NCBI GenBank assembly: GCA_040954595.2
Contig: CM082577.2
Coordinates: 17,954,303-18,018,302, forward strand
Reading direction: 5' to 3'
DNA: 64,000 nucleotides
Source: Balanoglossus misakiensis
Lineage: Eukaryota > Animalia > Hemichordata
In this document: positions 27,478 to 40,787 of the stretch, in pieces
Layout of the letters: each line of letters starts with the position of its first letter
How positions within the stretch are numbered: the first letter of the stretch is position 1
Position numbers and translations under genes: made by a program
The notes under the pieces: generated by a model
Seen by the model: the letters and a program-made list of their open reading frames with translations, nothing else
What the model was told of the DNA's origin: nothing
Database searches by the model: none

Positions 27478-27772
27478 GGCCAAATAAAAAAATAAAATTA
27501 TGCTGTTCTGATTACCCGACCTACCCTAATTTTAGCCCTCCAACCCTAAACTTTTAGAGCTTGTAAACCACAAGTAAAAATAACGATGTCAAATATACAA
27601 AATTATTGAAAATAGCAAGAATCAAGCAAGAACTATGATGTCATTCTTCTACACTACGGCGGCCAAAGCTATAAAGAAAAATTGCAAAATAAATGTTTTT
27701 CCCTACCTACCCGGTACCTACCCTATTTTTGAAAACCATGCAATCGGAACAGCAAATATTTTTTATTTGGCT
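27478..27772. mobile_element. Related Harbinger-type MITE
   Basis: TAA|GGCCAAATAAAAAA..TGCTGTTCTGATT ... AATCGGAACAGCAAATATTTTTTATTTGGC. Confidence 0.7.
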
Positions 27773-28102
27773 TGAATTTTTAGTTTATTCATGTGTTATT
27801 TTAATTATTAAAATTTATGCATATATGCAAAGTAGGCATGGGAGGTCACTCACTTTTCCATTTCAATGAAGGGGGGGGGGGGGGGTCACCCACTTTTTGA
27901 TATCCATAAAATAGAAAATAGAACCCCCCCCCCCCCCCCCCCCCAGGCTGATGAAACTGACCAGTCCCTTACCAGTGTGACCGTGGTATAACTGTGCTGC
28001 AAGGGATTCTGTTCATGAAATATTAAGATGTGTTCTGGAGGAGGCAAGTGTTTACTGAAAATCTGGGAGTAGTGTGACATGAGGTACCGGTTGACTTGCA
28101 GG

Positions 28103-28196
28103 CAATCTGATTAAAATCAGATGTAGGGAACGGCGTCGCTGTCGCCATAAAAAAAAAACATGTCGCCGTTCCCTACGTCTGATTTTAATCAGATTG
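28103..28196. mobile_element. Short palindromic MITE with 9-bp TSD (MULE-like)
   Basis: CAATCTGATTAAAATCAGATGTAGGGAACGGCG...CAGATTG flanked by ACTTGCAGG on both sides. A second copy lies at 38849. Confidence 0.88.
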
Positions 28197-31100
28197 ACTT
28201 GCAGGCAAATGTATGCACACTACCTGGCTTGGACTGTGAACTGTCGGACTATTTGTGTTCAGAAAAAGCAGCAAATTTGGCCTGTTGCACAGATGTTTCT
28301 TGGTACCAACATGATAGATAATGTTTGAAAAATTTGATTGGGAAATTACAATTTTACATTTGATGCCATGAGCACTGTAAGCAGTCAAGAACTCTCCTCT
28401 CCAATACGAGTGTGATGAATTTACTGATGTGCGAAATTGAGAGGTTCTTAACGCAAACACTAGTAGTTTATTCCTTGCAAATAAGGCAGTATGGAAAAAT
28501 AATGCATGGCAATTAGTTTTTTGGTAAAATTGTGGTTTTATATATCAGTTACATTAAACGTTATCACATTTAATGTTGGTTCGAGAGTTGAAAATGTTGG
28601 CCTGAGAGTAGAAATGTTGGTTTGGGTGTTGAAAATGTTGGTTCGCAACTTGAAAGTGGTGTCTGAAATTTGGCCTTGATTAATTTGTCAAGCCTAGATT
28701 TGTTTTTGATTGAAATGACTATAGATAGCACTATAGACAGTAGAAGCTGAACTGATCATCTGAACTACAACACTAAATTTTATTTCTGTATTCCAGAATA
28801 AGACAGGGGCCATGGATCTGAGCACTGGTTGCTTTTTGTCACATTTCTTACAGTGACAGGCATAATTTTCTTGCATTCAAGGCTTTCATTAGCGACCATT
28901 GGAATTGGAAGATGGCAGACATATGCCCACAACTGCACACTTTCTAACAAGCAGCAAATGACATGAATTATAATTGGTCCCTAAGCAACTGGTATCATTT
29001 AAAGTAGAATTAGACTTTTTTTTAAAGACACTTATGTCTTAAATCAGCTGCTGTTATCCGGTAACTGACAACTGAGTGATCGTGTATAACTATTTTGTAC
29101 TGGTTTTTATCCTCATTCAGAACATATACAGACATTTTGGGAAACAGTACCAGTACTAGGTAAATTGTTTTAGAAAATGGAATGGTGGCTATGTATTTAA
29201 AGATTTACTTATAGAATCACAGGCGTTCGTATTATTGTTGAACGTGTATGCATGACCGTGTGGTTATGGCCGTAGGGCCACCTCTGCACAGACTGCATAG
29301 AAAAAACACCAAGGTAAGAAAGCTCCTTGCCACTCGATTTTTCAAATCGGCAAAATTCTCAAAATCTGAGCAATTTAGATGATAAAAACTGGTCAGCGGT
29401 CAGGAGGCTCATACAAACAATCTATCGACTGAACTATCTTGCCTAAAACCATACCTTTTAGCGAGAAATCTTCCTGATATCAGCTAGAGACAACACATGA
29501 ACATGCAAATCGTAATATATTGTATCCCCAAGCAGAGGCAAAGTATATGTCATCCGCAAAGGGTTGTATGTGCATGCACATAGTTGCATGTTCATGTGTT
29601 GTGGCGAGCTCTTTGACCTTGGTGTTTTTTCTGTGCAGTCAATGCAGAGGTAGCCACACGGTCGTACATGTACAGTACTCTCACGTTCCATGAGTCTTTG
29701 TTGAATAGGCAAGTCATTACAAATTCAACAATAACAAGTATAGAACACCATGTTTTTGAACGATAGGAACGATTTTAATGTACTTGGTGTACTGAAAATT
29801 CACAAGATAGCCAGCTTTCAGCATACAGCTGAACCATAGCTTGAGGTTTTCCCTGGTTTTGTGTGTGGATGGCAAAACCAGAGCTGCAGGTCCAACATAT
29901 CCGAATGTGCACAGGTTGCCGAACAGGATTCCTTGCGGGTGCATTGGTACACTATTTCTGCATACATGTATCTGATCTTCCTTTTCTTGCCGATTCACCT
30001 TCCCATCCAAGTTTTGCTGTTTTCAAAATCACACTATTTAGCAAGATCACCAGTGTATCACAAGTTTTCTTAGTGTGATCACTGGCCGCTGACATCTTTG
30101 AATGGAATGACATAATATATATAGGGAAAACTTGTGATACAAAGGTGATCTCACTAAATTGTGAGATTTTGTCAACAATTTTGGTGCAAAACTGGTGCGT
30201 GATGCATACTGTCGCCGAAAGGAAAGTGACGGATGCGTAGAAAGGCGCTCCCATGCACCCAAACAGAATCCTGTTCAGCAACATGTGCACATTTGGAAAA
30301 GTTGACCTGGTCTTACCGTCTAACCCAAAAACCAACAGGCGCAAAACATTGAGCTGCTGAACAGCAGTGGCACAGTGAGACTGTGTGCTATCTTTGTCTT
30401 CTTATCCACTGCACTCAAAGGTATAATTTAATAACTAGGACACTTATTATAACCCAGAATACGTCTTGGCGTGTGCAATAGTATGGTTTATTTTGACAAA
30501 ATACAGGATTTTGGATAAAAAATAATGGTCGGTCATTCTTTACGTCTTGCGAGAAATTCAATATGGCTGCCAAAACAACTACAAAATATGGCTGGTGATC
30601 TCTGCGTTTGGAGTTTCGTTGATACTCAGACATGTTATCCGGGTCATCAGAATGTAACCCATACTCTTTATCCGAATATGAAGTTACATGACATCATTTT
30701 CACTAACCGATGCTTTGCTCTGAGTGTAAGCAATATAAGATACTACTAGTAGTCTCACATCCTCACTACTTCAAAGAAAATGGCTAAAATACCATGAGTT
30801 GCCTGTTCTACTCTCTTCCACTGTCTATGGTGTAATGCAATCAGTTATAATTCTGGGAGAATTAAAGTGGCCCATTTTTCTGCAAAGAAGTGAAACTGGC
30901 AACATGCATTTGTGAATCCTAGCTGCCATAGGATTTATCTTGAAAATGTATATTTTGCCAAATTGCAAACTTAAATATCATATCACACTATTTGAACAAA
31001 AACTCTGAGACACTAGTCTTTAACTATCTTGAACCACATTCAAAATTTAGTGTTCTTGTCCTTAAATTGGTTCTGTGATATGATCCAACTGAGTTGAATT

Positions 31101-31413
31101 TATTTTTATTTTTACACAGTGTAACACAGACTGCACACTAACATTTGCTATCTGTTTGATTAATGTAAATAACATATAAAAACTGATGTCCTTGGGACCA
31201 GACTGGGGGAATACAGGCATGGAAAATTCATCTCATGTATGCAATCATTTCTGTCTACATGTGTCAGCTCACAATAATTATTTTTGATTGCTTATCCTGA
31301 CAATATATTAATAAACTTCACATAAAATAAGACATACATGACATAAATACCAGCTACTGTGTTGGTTCAAATTGTTTGAATTATAATTCTAAACAAGTAT
31401 AACTTCAAAAGTA

Positions 31414-31850
31414 CAGTGCAGCTTAGGAATAGCTTTCCAATTTGCTAACAACGTGCTGACACGGTGTTTATAATGAGCCAACACAGTGTTAGCCTGTGTG
31501 TTCCAAGTGTTACAAAGGTGTGAATCTGTTGGCCCTGGCACTTGGCATTGTTCAGTGTTAGCATGTGCTACAAAGGTGTTAAACCTTGGCGCACCCTATT
31601 GTTTTGGCACACAGTGTTAGCCTGTGTGTTCCAAGTGTTACAAAGGTGTGAATCTGTTGGCCCTGGCACTTGGCATTGTTCAGTGTTAGCACCTTGGCGC
31701 ACCCTATTGTTTTGGAACACCCCAGTTAAACACAAGCCCAATAGGTGCTAATTAGAGCGCCAATAGGGTGCCAACCCAGAGTTGACCCAGTGTTTAAACA
31801 GAGCTGACCCAGTGTTGGTGCAGTTGGAAAGCTATTCCTAAGCTGCACTG
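31414..31850. mobile_element. Tc1/mariner-type MITE with an internal ~128 bp tandem duplication
   Basis: TA|CAGTGCAGCTTAGGAATAGCTTTCCAA ... TTGGAAAGCTATTCCTAAGCTGCACTG|TA. Confidence 0.85.
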
Positions 31851-32026
31851 TATCAAGTTGATCTGTGCCTCTGTAGATTGCCATCAAACTGATGAAGTGT
31901 GACTTTCCATATAAGAGTAACTGATGCCAATTGTTGATATCATTTGTTTGATAACATATCACAATCATCACACAAAAATACATGTATTTGATATAAAATG
32001 TGTTTTAAACATATCAGTATTGCGTC

Positions 32027-32992
32027 TCAGTAGTAATAGACGGGTAACTTTCTACCATCTGTCCTGTCTTCGGCATCTGGCTGTTTTACCTTCTTTTTTT
32101 CAGTTTCATATTCCACAAAGTCATCAAACAGACTTGGCCATGCCTCATTATCATCATAGCCTGTAAAATCTGCACCTACCACCTCTGTGAAGTTCAAGAA
32201 CATATTCCAAGTATCTTTGGAGATTCCACGGATTTGTCCCAGAGACAGAAAATTAATCCATCTGTCCAGAATAGGTGGTTCCCGATTTGAAAACACAAGT
32301 TTCCACAGTGGTATGGCTATATCACAAGGTAGAGATCGCTGTCCACCTTCCAAGTCTAACCCAAACTGGAAAGTAAATCTGTAGAGGTCCTTAAATTTAG
32401 CTTCATTTTGCACTTCTTCAAGTAAGTCTGGAAATTTGGCTTGAATGCCACGAATAGAATCTGCTTTGAGAGCCTTACAACCTTCCAAAAATTCCTTTCG
32501 TGTAAATTGGCACATTGTCATTGCTTGGAATTTCCAGGCAAGCACAAGCATAATAACTGCAGCTGGGTCAACTTTTAGGTCTTGACAGAATTGCTCCATA
32601 CCTTCTGCCAGTATACAGTCCTCAGTGTCATCTTTATAGTGATCAAACAAACGGTGTATCTTGGACTCTGAAAAGTCACTCTTGGGTCCAAATGAACGAC
32701 GTCCGCTGTCAAGTCCATTACTTGTCTTTCTCGGGTTGGATGACATCTTTATTCGATCACCACCAAGTTTTTTCTGTGAGCCATTGGAGTAGTGATCTGT
32801 TCCAATACTGTGTACACTGCCCACACTTGATTGTGTCTGTGTGTGTGCAGACTGGGGTAGAGGGGGTCCTGGGTGGGCAGGCACTGTCGTCATAGGAGGG
32901 TATGTTGTTTGAGTTTGTTCTGATGACTTAGGCCCACCATTTTGTTCTGCTGATGGGCTAGGATCCGCACAACTTGAAAGGCACTTGCCCAT
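32027..32992 (-). CDS. DCUN1D3: DCN1-like protein 3 (cullin neddylation co-E3), 321 aa, single coding exon
   Basis: Starts MGKCLSSC (myristoylation-type N-terminus as in DCUN1D3). PONY domain: ILAEGMEQFCQDLKVDP, FKDLYRFTFQFGLD, ISKDTWNMFLNF, AWPSLFDDFVE. Splice acceptor upstream at 33108-33110. Confidence 0.95.
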   Translation of the reverse strand: MGKCLSSCADPSPSAEQNGGPKSSEQTQTTYPPMTTVPAHPGPPLPQSAHTQTQSSVGSVHSIGTDHYSNGSQKKLGGDRIKMSSNPRKTSNGLDSGRRSFGPKSDFSESKIHRLFDHYKDDTEDCILAEGMEQFCQDLKVDPAAVIMLVLAWKFQAMTMCQFTRKEFLEGCKALKADSIRGIQAKFPDLLEEVQNEAKFKDLYRFTFQFGLDLEGGQRSLPCDIAIPLWKLVFSNREPPILDRWINFLSLGQIRGISKDTWNMFLNFTEVVGADFTGYDDNEAWPSLFDDFVEYETEKKKVKQPDAEDRTDGRKLPVYYY

Positions 32993-33842
32993 TGGTAAAG
33001 AAAACTGTGTCAAAGTATAGAAGTCAATTTGTTTTTGTTGAGTTGTCTTTGATGTCACTGTACCATCATTGATTTACAATCAGGAAAGGTGTGTGAACAC
33101 TTACAAGCTGGAAGATATAAATATAAGAATCCAGTTAGATTTACAGTGCAATACAGAACCATGAGCATTTCGAAAGAATATTTCACAACTGATTTTTTGA
33201 TATATAAAATCAAATCATTGTGTATAAAGGAAGTGAATTAAAACAAAAGATACATTGGTCAATTTGAGAAAATATTCTGCTTTGAAGGAAATATTTCTTG
33301 TATGTACAACCTTTACACATTTACACAAGTTATGTATGAATGTTTGTGTTGTGATTACACACATGTAAGCAATACTATAAACTATGATCAAACACTTAGA
33401 CTGAACTTCTTCCGTCAGCATGACTAATTCTCCTGCTGAAAGTTTTATAGTACCCCTGCCTCTTTCATTACAAACCAACATGCATGTCAAGTATTAGAGT
33501 AACATGAATACTTAGTGAAATGACAACACTGATTCAGACACAGTCTCACTGATTGAAATTCATGCTGGTCAAGCTATGTCCCAAATAATAGAATATGAAT
33601 GACACTTTGAAGATATTTTAAGGGAATCAAAAATGCAAACCGTTGTTAATGTTCTGTAAAATGGGGCTTTAATCCCTTTCAAGTGACATTTTCTAGTTGA
33701 AGATTTTAAGTTGTTGTTCTGGTTACAGGTAGGTAGTTAGTTTTCTCCCTAACTGAGGATTTCTATTAGATTATCAGCTACATGTAAATACATGTAGCAC
33801 AAGAAATTATACAAAATTTACATAACAATAAGTTACTATGTA

Positions 33843-34796
33843 CAGTAAAACCTGTCAAAACCGGACCCTGGTAAAACCGGATCACTGTCCATACCGAACG
33901 ATTTTTTCAGTCCCTGCCCACTCCCATAGACGCCCTGTGTTAAAAAACCTCTGCAGACCGGCCACTGTCTACTGTGGAAACCGGACGGGATTTCGAGCGA
34001 AAACCGGACGGAACGACTGTTTGAAGACGGCATCTTTTCAAGTTTCTTTGTTTTTGCTACATTAAAGATTATGATGAATCACTGTCTTTTGTCTTTTGAG
34101 TTTTGTTTTGACCAATTTAACAAGCAATCAACGGCGTGGAGCTGTCACTCAAGCAAGGCGTGAACGCATTCTATTGTTCGACTCGTTTGTCGCATATTTT
34201 TGACAAGTGGAGTGTCACCGCAGTAATGAGCTCTGTTGTCGGCTGATCAAACATAACGTTTCCCGGTGTCATTTTTTTCGGACGGTCAAAGCTATGAAGG
34301 CACATTCAATCAGAGCGATGTGTGAAATTTTCGGGACATCAAACATACAGGAATGATAAAAGGAGACCCATTCCTTCGAATTTCACCACTTCGTGTTCGT
34401 TCACTATACGAATCACAACGCCGTCTCGCTCTCCATCAAACGTATTCAAACCCTCGATCGACGATGTCTGCCCCACCAGCGAAGCGTAGAAGAAGAGAAC
34501 TTACTCTTTCTGAACTGATTTCATTTGTATTTATTTTTTCGTGATTTTATATGTATGTATACATTTTCTGATGTTTTATTTCATTTCATTAAAGTATCAA
34601 AAAATATAATGACATGTGTTGTTTTGTTGTTGCTATGTGTGCGGGTCGTACGTGCGTATGTATGTATACGGTCGATGTGTGACACACGGCCGGATCGGAA
34701 AACTTTTGACCACGCCCACCCCTCCATACCGGACCACTGTTCAAACCGGACAGATTTCTCAGTCCCCCCAGAGTCCGGTTTTGACAGGTTTTACTG
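33843..34796 (+). mobile_element. Internally deleted pogo/Tigger-like transposon
   Basis: TA|CAGTAAAACCTGTCAAAACCGGAC ... GTCCGGTTTTGACAGGTTTTACTG|TA. Retains a transposase-like start MSAPPAKRRRRELTLSE (~34463-34515). Confidence 0.88.
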
Positions 34797-35788
34797 TATT
34801 AGGATGTACATGTATGTAAGATCAGTAAAATTGAAAGTACATGTACTGTCATTTCTTTTAATTGTGAATTTTTGGTTTATCCTTGGTAGACATAGTAAAA
34901 ATAGCGTCAAGGACACTGTGGTCCCATTTGAGGATTATGCAGAAATAGGTATACATCAGAATAAAAATTACAGGTGACATTGCAAGCAGATATGATCTTA
35001 TCACATAGAAATATGGAATGTAAAAAAATAACAAGGAACATGCCCAATAAGCTGTCATGTGTCATTGCAGTCTTACAAGTGGTGCTAGAAATATTTATTT
35101 TTGACCAAAAATTGTCTGTACAAACACATATGACAAGCAACTTCTTTCAGTCAGCCCTGGAACAGACAGACAGGCACACAGAGATGCTGCCACTGGTAAT
35201 TAAAAAATTAATAGCTGGTGGTCTCTGTCACAGCTGGCCTATTAAAGTTATGTAAACATGTCTAAGTTCGGGGTAACAATTCCTTGTAAATAGTAACTTT
35301 AAAAACAACTGTACAATTGGTTTAGGAAAAGATTTGCTAACCAAAAACAAAGAAACTTACAAACAAATCGCTAAATATTGAATATTTCTGATATCAGAAT
35401 CGAATAAAAATTGCACATAAACATGTATGTGTTATGAAATTGTATCCTAAATTTCAAAGCAATCAGAGAAATAACAAATTTCAAAGCAATCCAACAAGCA
35501 GTTTCACAGAAAATATTTGTTCAAAAGTGGCAAAAACACAAATATGCAAATATCACCAAAAGTGTACAATATCTTACTTCAATCACTACAAGGAACATGC
35601 CTGCCAAAGTTCAATGCAATATGACAAGCGGTTTCAGAGAAAACAATTTTTGACAAAAATTGGGAAAAATTTCCCCAATAACACATTTATGCAAATATCA
35701 CATTTTTTTAACAACATATAACTTTAGTTACCCCTAGGAACATGCCTACCAAATTGCAAAGCAATCTGGCATGCGGTTTTAAAGAAAA

Positions 35789-37867
35789 TTAAAGCTGCAA
35801 GCAGCATTGAAGGGGCCCAAGCATAGAGTGAATAACCATTAGACTCCATTCAGGGTTGTACCATTCAAATGCGTAGGCTGTATTTGCTCTCGATGTTGAG
35901 ATATGGGGAAGTAGGCAACCACCCGAAATGGATGTCCTACAAGTACAAACACAACAACCAAAGGTGAACTTCTACGTTGTAAGTACTTCAGTAAGTACTT
36001 CAAAGGTCAGCTGAGGGTACCCAAAATTGGGCCAAAAATTAGGATTCTTATTTGGTTCATATTCAAGGAAAATCCTCGCCCTTTGGGTTTGTCAAATTAG
36101 ATATGGCCATAATAATGAGTTACGCAAGTAAGTTACAGGTGGCCCCAGAAATTACCATTTCATGACGCAGAGGGTCCTACCCTAGCCCTCCAAACACCTG
36201 GCTATATATGATGTGCATGCTAGCATATGGAAAGCAGGTCAATGGACACCTGAGGTCATCCAAAAAATTGTCATTCCTGTTTATGTCATGTGCAACAAAT
36301 CCTACATTTGCAGCCCTTTCACTTTGCCTACCATTAGGTATGCACGTAATACATGAATCAAGCAGGTGTCACAGGTATCCCCCTGTATTTGGCATTTCAT
36401 GATAGTTTCATCCCTCCAAATACCAAAGCTGCACCTGTACAACGTGCTGAGATATGGCACTGTACGACAGAGGTCATCCAAATCACCTTATACATTTGGG
36501 CAAAAACCAACGGACAATTACATTCGTCCCTGTGGAACAAAACCATACCTATCGCCCTGTTGGTTAGTGTTCAATTAAATGTACAAAATCAATGACTTAG
36601 GCAGGTGCAACAGGTGACCCCGCCTTTGGTATATCATTATGGTCCCATCCGTATATGCCCTCCACAAGCCAAAGCTGCATGCATCTGCTGTGGATGCTCA
36701 CTAAGCAAAAGTAGGTGAAATGTCACATAAGGTCGCCCACAACTTGACAGGAAAATCGGACTTCATATTGATCCATGTGCAACAAATACCACGCTAGCAT
36801 CCCTTTCATTGACCCCACAATTAGTTTACGCATGAACATAATTGAGTTACGCAGGTGTCACAGGTGACCCCCAAATCGGGCGTATTATTTTAATCCCATA
36901 CAGATGCATGAAGCTGCGTGCCATTACGTGCGACCTGATAACCCCCACGGCCATCTGCGGGCCGACCCCCATATACTGAATGTCCAGTTGCAATGTCACG
37001 ACTGAAGTAGAAACTTTTGAACGGCAACGAAGCCTGATCTCTGATTATTGCTGGTCCCATACTCCCTTCGTGCAAGAAAATCACTGGTCTGCTGACGTAT
37101 TTCGGCCGATTTCCCGAACTACTATCCACTACACGTGACTACCATGCTAATGAAACCTCCCACAACATTAGCGACTGAGGGTCAAAGTCCGCTGCTGCAT
37201 TACATTGAATGTTATAACCGGTGTAGCCGGGTCTGGATAAAAACATTTGAATGGCAACAGCTAACAAACTCAGCGTAATTCAATAAAACGCCCTAACACA
37301 GCCTGAACTCCGATAATGTGTTGTCCCAAAATTCATTCCGTGGAAAATAATCACTGGTCTGTTTACGTATTTCAGCCGATTTTCCAAGGACTACTGCAAC
37401 CCGCCAGAAGTGAGTAGCCTGCTAATGAGATCTCCACAACATTACGTAATGACGGTCAAAATCTGATGCCCCAGTGTTCGTCCTCAGCCCACCAAAAAAT
37501 GCGAAAAATATTACAAAAATCTTCTTCTCATAATCGAGGTGGCCTAGGACCTTGAAATTTGGCACAGGGGATTTTGGCCACATGGTCTACAAAAATCGCG
37601 AAAAGAATGTAAATGACCACATTAACGTGCAAATTAGGTCAATTTGAAAATTTCGCTTGTTTATAGCCACCAAGTCACGTGACTAATTACAAATTCAAAG
37701 GGCAGGTGCACCAGTACTCGTGGGCCCCAACCACCGTGCCAAGTTTCATAGGCGTAGGTCCAGGGGTTTTTGAGAAAAACGGGAGCAAATAAACGACTCA
37801 AGAAGAAAGAAGAAAAACTCCAGCAATAACAGAAGGGGCCCAAGCGCCTGAGGGCGCTTGGGCCCCT
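35789..37867 (+). mobile_element. ~2.1 kb non-autonomous element with asymmetric inverted repeat and 3' hairpin (Helentron/Helitron2-like)
   Basis: AGGGGCCCAAGC at 35811 recurs as the left arm of the terminal hairpin AGGGGCCCAAGCGCC...GGCGCTTGGGCCCCT (37834-37867). Internal degenerate repeats are present. Confidence 0.6.
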
Positions 37868-38255
37868 AAAAAATCGCGTCAAGGACATGGTGGTCCATTG
37901 AGTGATTACACAAGAAAAAGTCTACAGACAGACAGACACACACACACACACATAGCGAGAGATCAATGGGCTATTTTCAAATCAATCTGACCAGTAGTTG
38001 TTGAGTTTTGACCAATTTCACATTTTCCCAGCTAATTTGCATATTTTTGGCAATGGCAACTTCATTTGAACAAACTCCCATCTACAGCCTGGCCTGCATC
38101 TACACACCAAATATCGAGGTTATATACACAGCGGTTTTCAAGTTTTTGATGTGGACGGACATACAGACATACATACATCCATCCATACATACATACTGTA
38201 GACGCAACCGATCCCATAAGGTCCCATGGTATAAACCAATGGGACCTAAAAATCT
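37868..38255 (+). repeat. HINE/DINE-like repeat fragments with (ACAG)/(CATA) microsatellites and a terminal hairpin; related sequence at ~34898-35788
   Basis: Shared AAAAT.GCGTCAAGGACA..GTGGTCC at 34898 and 37868. Hairpin AGGTCCCAT...ATGGGACCT at ~38219-38247. Confidence 0.45.
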
Positions 38256-38848
38256 GAAATAAAATAAAGGGGGTCACTGTGCTTGTTTTTTAAATACAAA
38301 GCCGTGAATTTAGTCGATAACTGACAAACACTGGTTACTGCTCAGCCAGCATTTTTTCACCAGTGGTTTGTCTATGGGCAAAACATTTAACGAAGTTTAT
38401 CTCAAAATAGAGCGCGGTGACCATATGATTTTATTGGACAGATGAATTCACTTTTATTTGACTAAAGCTACGTGTAAAATTTTGTGAAAATGACAATAGT
38501 AGAAGTAAGTTTTCTAGCAATCTCAATGTCCTATGGGAAGAGACACATGCGCACAAGTTTGCACAGTTTACCGGATATGTTCTGCGAGCACATCCTTTAA
38601 AAGCATAACTGGGGAACCATTTGTGTTGCAGACTTTTTTCGACAGGGAATTTAAAAAGCCTAGACTTCTAGATTTATTCACCCCAGTTCCCTCTATAGAG
38701 AGAAAACCTTACCATAGAAATCAATGGATTTGGACTGAACCATGGTGGTGAAAGGGTTAAACATCATGCTACTGATGGGGTCAAGAAAATTTATTTTGTT
38801 GAATGGAGTGAGTGACTTCATCGTTTTTGCTCATGTTCTGTTGTTTTT

Positions 38849-38960
38849 CAATCTGATTAAAATCAGATGTAGGGAACGGCGACATGTTTTTTTTATGCTG
38901 TCGCCATACACTACCAAAAAAACACGTCGCCGTTCCCTACATCTGATTTTAATCAGATTG
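38849..38960. mobile_element. Second copy of the 28103 palindromic MITE
   Basis: Same TIRs, with TSD GTTGTTTTT at 38840-38848 and 38961-38969. Confidence 0.88.
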
Positions 38961-39350
38961 GTTGTTTTTGAGAGAATGGTTTGGAAACTTCTACATGCAA
39001 TGCTTTAAATCCATTCTCAGTCTACAGGTGATCAATTAAAGTGCCCTCAATGGTAACACTGGGAAATCATAAATATGACATCATAGATAGAACACTGCAT
39101 TCAAGCTGACCCAATACCGCCACTGGCTGCACTGTTCAAACGAATTGTCAGACTCAGTCAGGAATGCATCAGCCAATTTGCCAAGAGTTTGGGCAAAACG
39201 GCGATCACATACATGTAACATCAAATTGCAAACTTTTCACACATTGCAACCATTGGCTAATTTGGGGTTTTATTTTCCATGAATGGATGACGCGTATCAT
39301 CTTTATTGGTATTTTAAATTTGGAATATGTAATCATGTGAAACATTTATA

Positions 39351-40613
39351 TATAATCTCCCAGTATTTCGAACGAGTATTACATCAGCGAGGGACGAGTG
39401 ACTCCCACATAGCGGCCGGATACAGCTATGGGGGAGTCACAAGTCCCTCGCTGACGTAATACGAGTGAGAAATACTGGGAGATTATGTATTTATTATATT
39501 CCTAGACCCGGGACAGTCTTAATATTTTGCAATAAAATTGATTTTAATGGTTTCGGAAGGGTTTGAATTATTTCAAGCTGCGCATGGATATAGTGAAAAA
39601 TGGTTAAGAGGCTCAGCTCAGCTGATTCAATTCATTCATAAAATTTGTGTGAGACGGGATGGACATACGTGCAAGTCGAATTAATATTTGTCAACTAGTT
39701 TTAAAATGCCTTGTTTCACAACAAATTCAACAGTCACGAAATCAAACAGTCAACATCTCAATCCTGTGAACTATCGCTAGTATTGTCGATTACGGCTCGA
39801 CGTTTACACGGTCGCGATCGCGGCGCTGGCTGACTCGCGGTCCAAGCAACATTGATGGCTGCCCGTTGATCGTACACTCGGTCATGGTGGCCCCAGAAAA
39901 CATTCCCGCAGCTGCAGCCGCTACGATACCCCCCTCCGATGTAGGCTGGAAGGGAGACGCTGCGACAGACGTGAGTTGGTGTGGATGACTGAGCTCGGTA
40001 AGGCAAAAGAGCGTGCTGTCGATCCCACACTGGTATGTGAGCGTGTCCGGCTCGTAGCCAGAATCGTCGCGCGCTCTGCCTCGACGCGATGAAGAATTTC
40101 GACAGGTAGACGTCCAGAATTTCAGGCGGAATTTCATGTTGACCTGTCACTGAACCATCTTCTGTCAACTCTAGAAATTTTCTAAGTTGTTTCACCGCGT
40201 TTGTGGTTGATTTTACAATGTTCTGCTCTTTAGAAAATCATCAATGTCGTTCGACGACATAGCTATCATATGTGCCGCTCTGTCGCTGACATATTTGATC
40301 GAGCAAAAATTTTGAAGCGCAGATGACAGTCGTCAAACTTTCCCCGCCACAGTTTCAATACATCGAGCAAACTAATAAAATATCATTAAACGATACTTCA
40401 CATGTGCTTTATTATTTGTAACCCCATTTTTCCCGAACTTCAAAATAACATCGTAGGATAGTATTTTTATTTGTTTACAAACTGAAAGTAGTTCCGGCAG
40501 AATTATTGGCAGTGACGTCGTACTACAGTAATATGCAATCTGTCGATTTCTTATTACTATAGTGTGACGTCACACTCTGGTAATAATCGGGTCTAGGAAT
40601 ATAATAAATACAT
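39351..40613 (-). mobile_element. Internally deleted Crypton-like element with a DUF3504-family-like coding remnant
   Basis: Terminal hairpin ~39352-39486 and a perfect 26-bp IR at 39485-39510 / 40588-40613. Frameshifted minus-strand peptide: IDDFLK..STTNAVKQLRKF..EIPPEILDVYLSKFFIASR..DDSGYEPDTL...MFSGATMTECTIN. Confidence 0.7.
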
Positions 40614-40787
40614 GTATTCACCAATCAGACCACTTGAAACATTGGCCAATGACAGCCCTGGATAGAGTGACATATACCTGACCCTATTGCGTGTGTAGCA
40701 GCAGAAGGTCAGGGGAACCAGACATGTACATTACTACACATGATTCAAGCAAAATTGAAGTCCTCTGAGACCAGCCTGAATATCATT

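Larger units (their letters stand above)
23797..27968. mobile_element. PIF/Harbinger-like non-autonomous element (host of nested insertions)
   Basis: TTA|GGGACTGGTCAGTTTC ... GAAACTGACCAGTCCC|TTA, with a poly-G/poly-C rich interior. Another right end lies at ~49520-49644. Confidence 0.8.

Noticed and set aside
29230-30335. Two degenerate inverted-repeat pairs (~29270/29660 and ~29870/30320)
   Set aside because: Probably old MITEs, but ends and TSDs could not be defined, so they are not called as features.
32993-33058. 22-aa N-terminal extension of DCUN1D3 in the ORF track
   Set aside because: It starts at GTG. The ATG at 32992 gives the expected MG-x-C myristoylation-type start.
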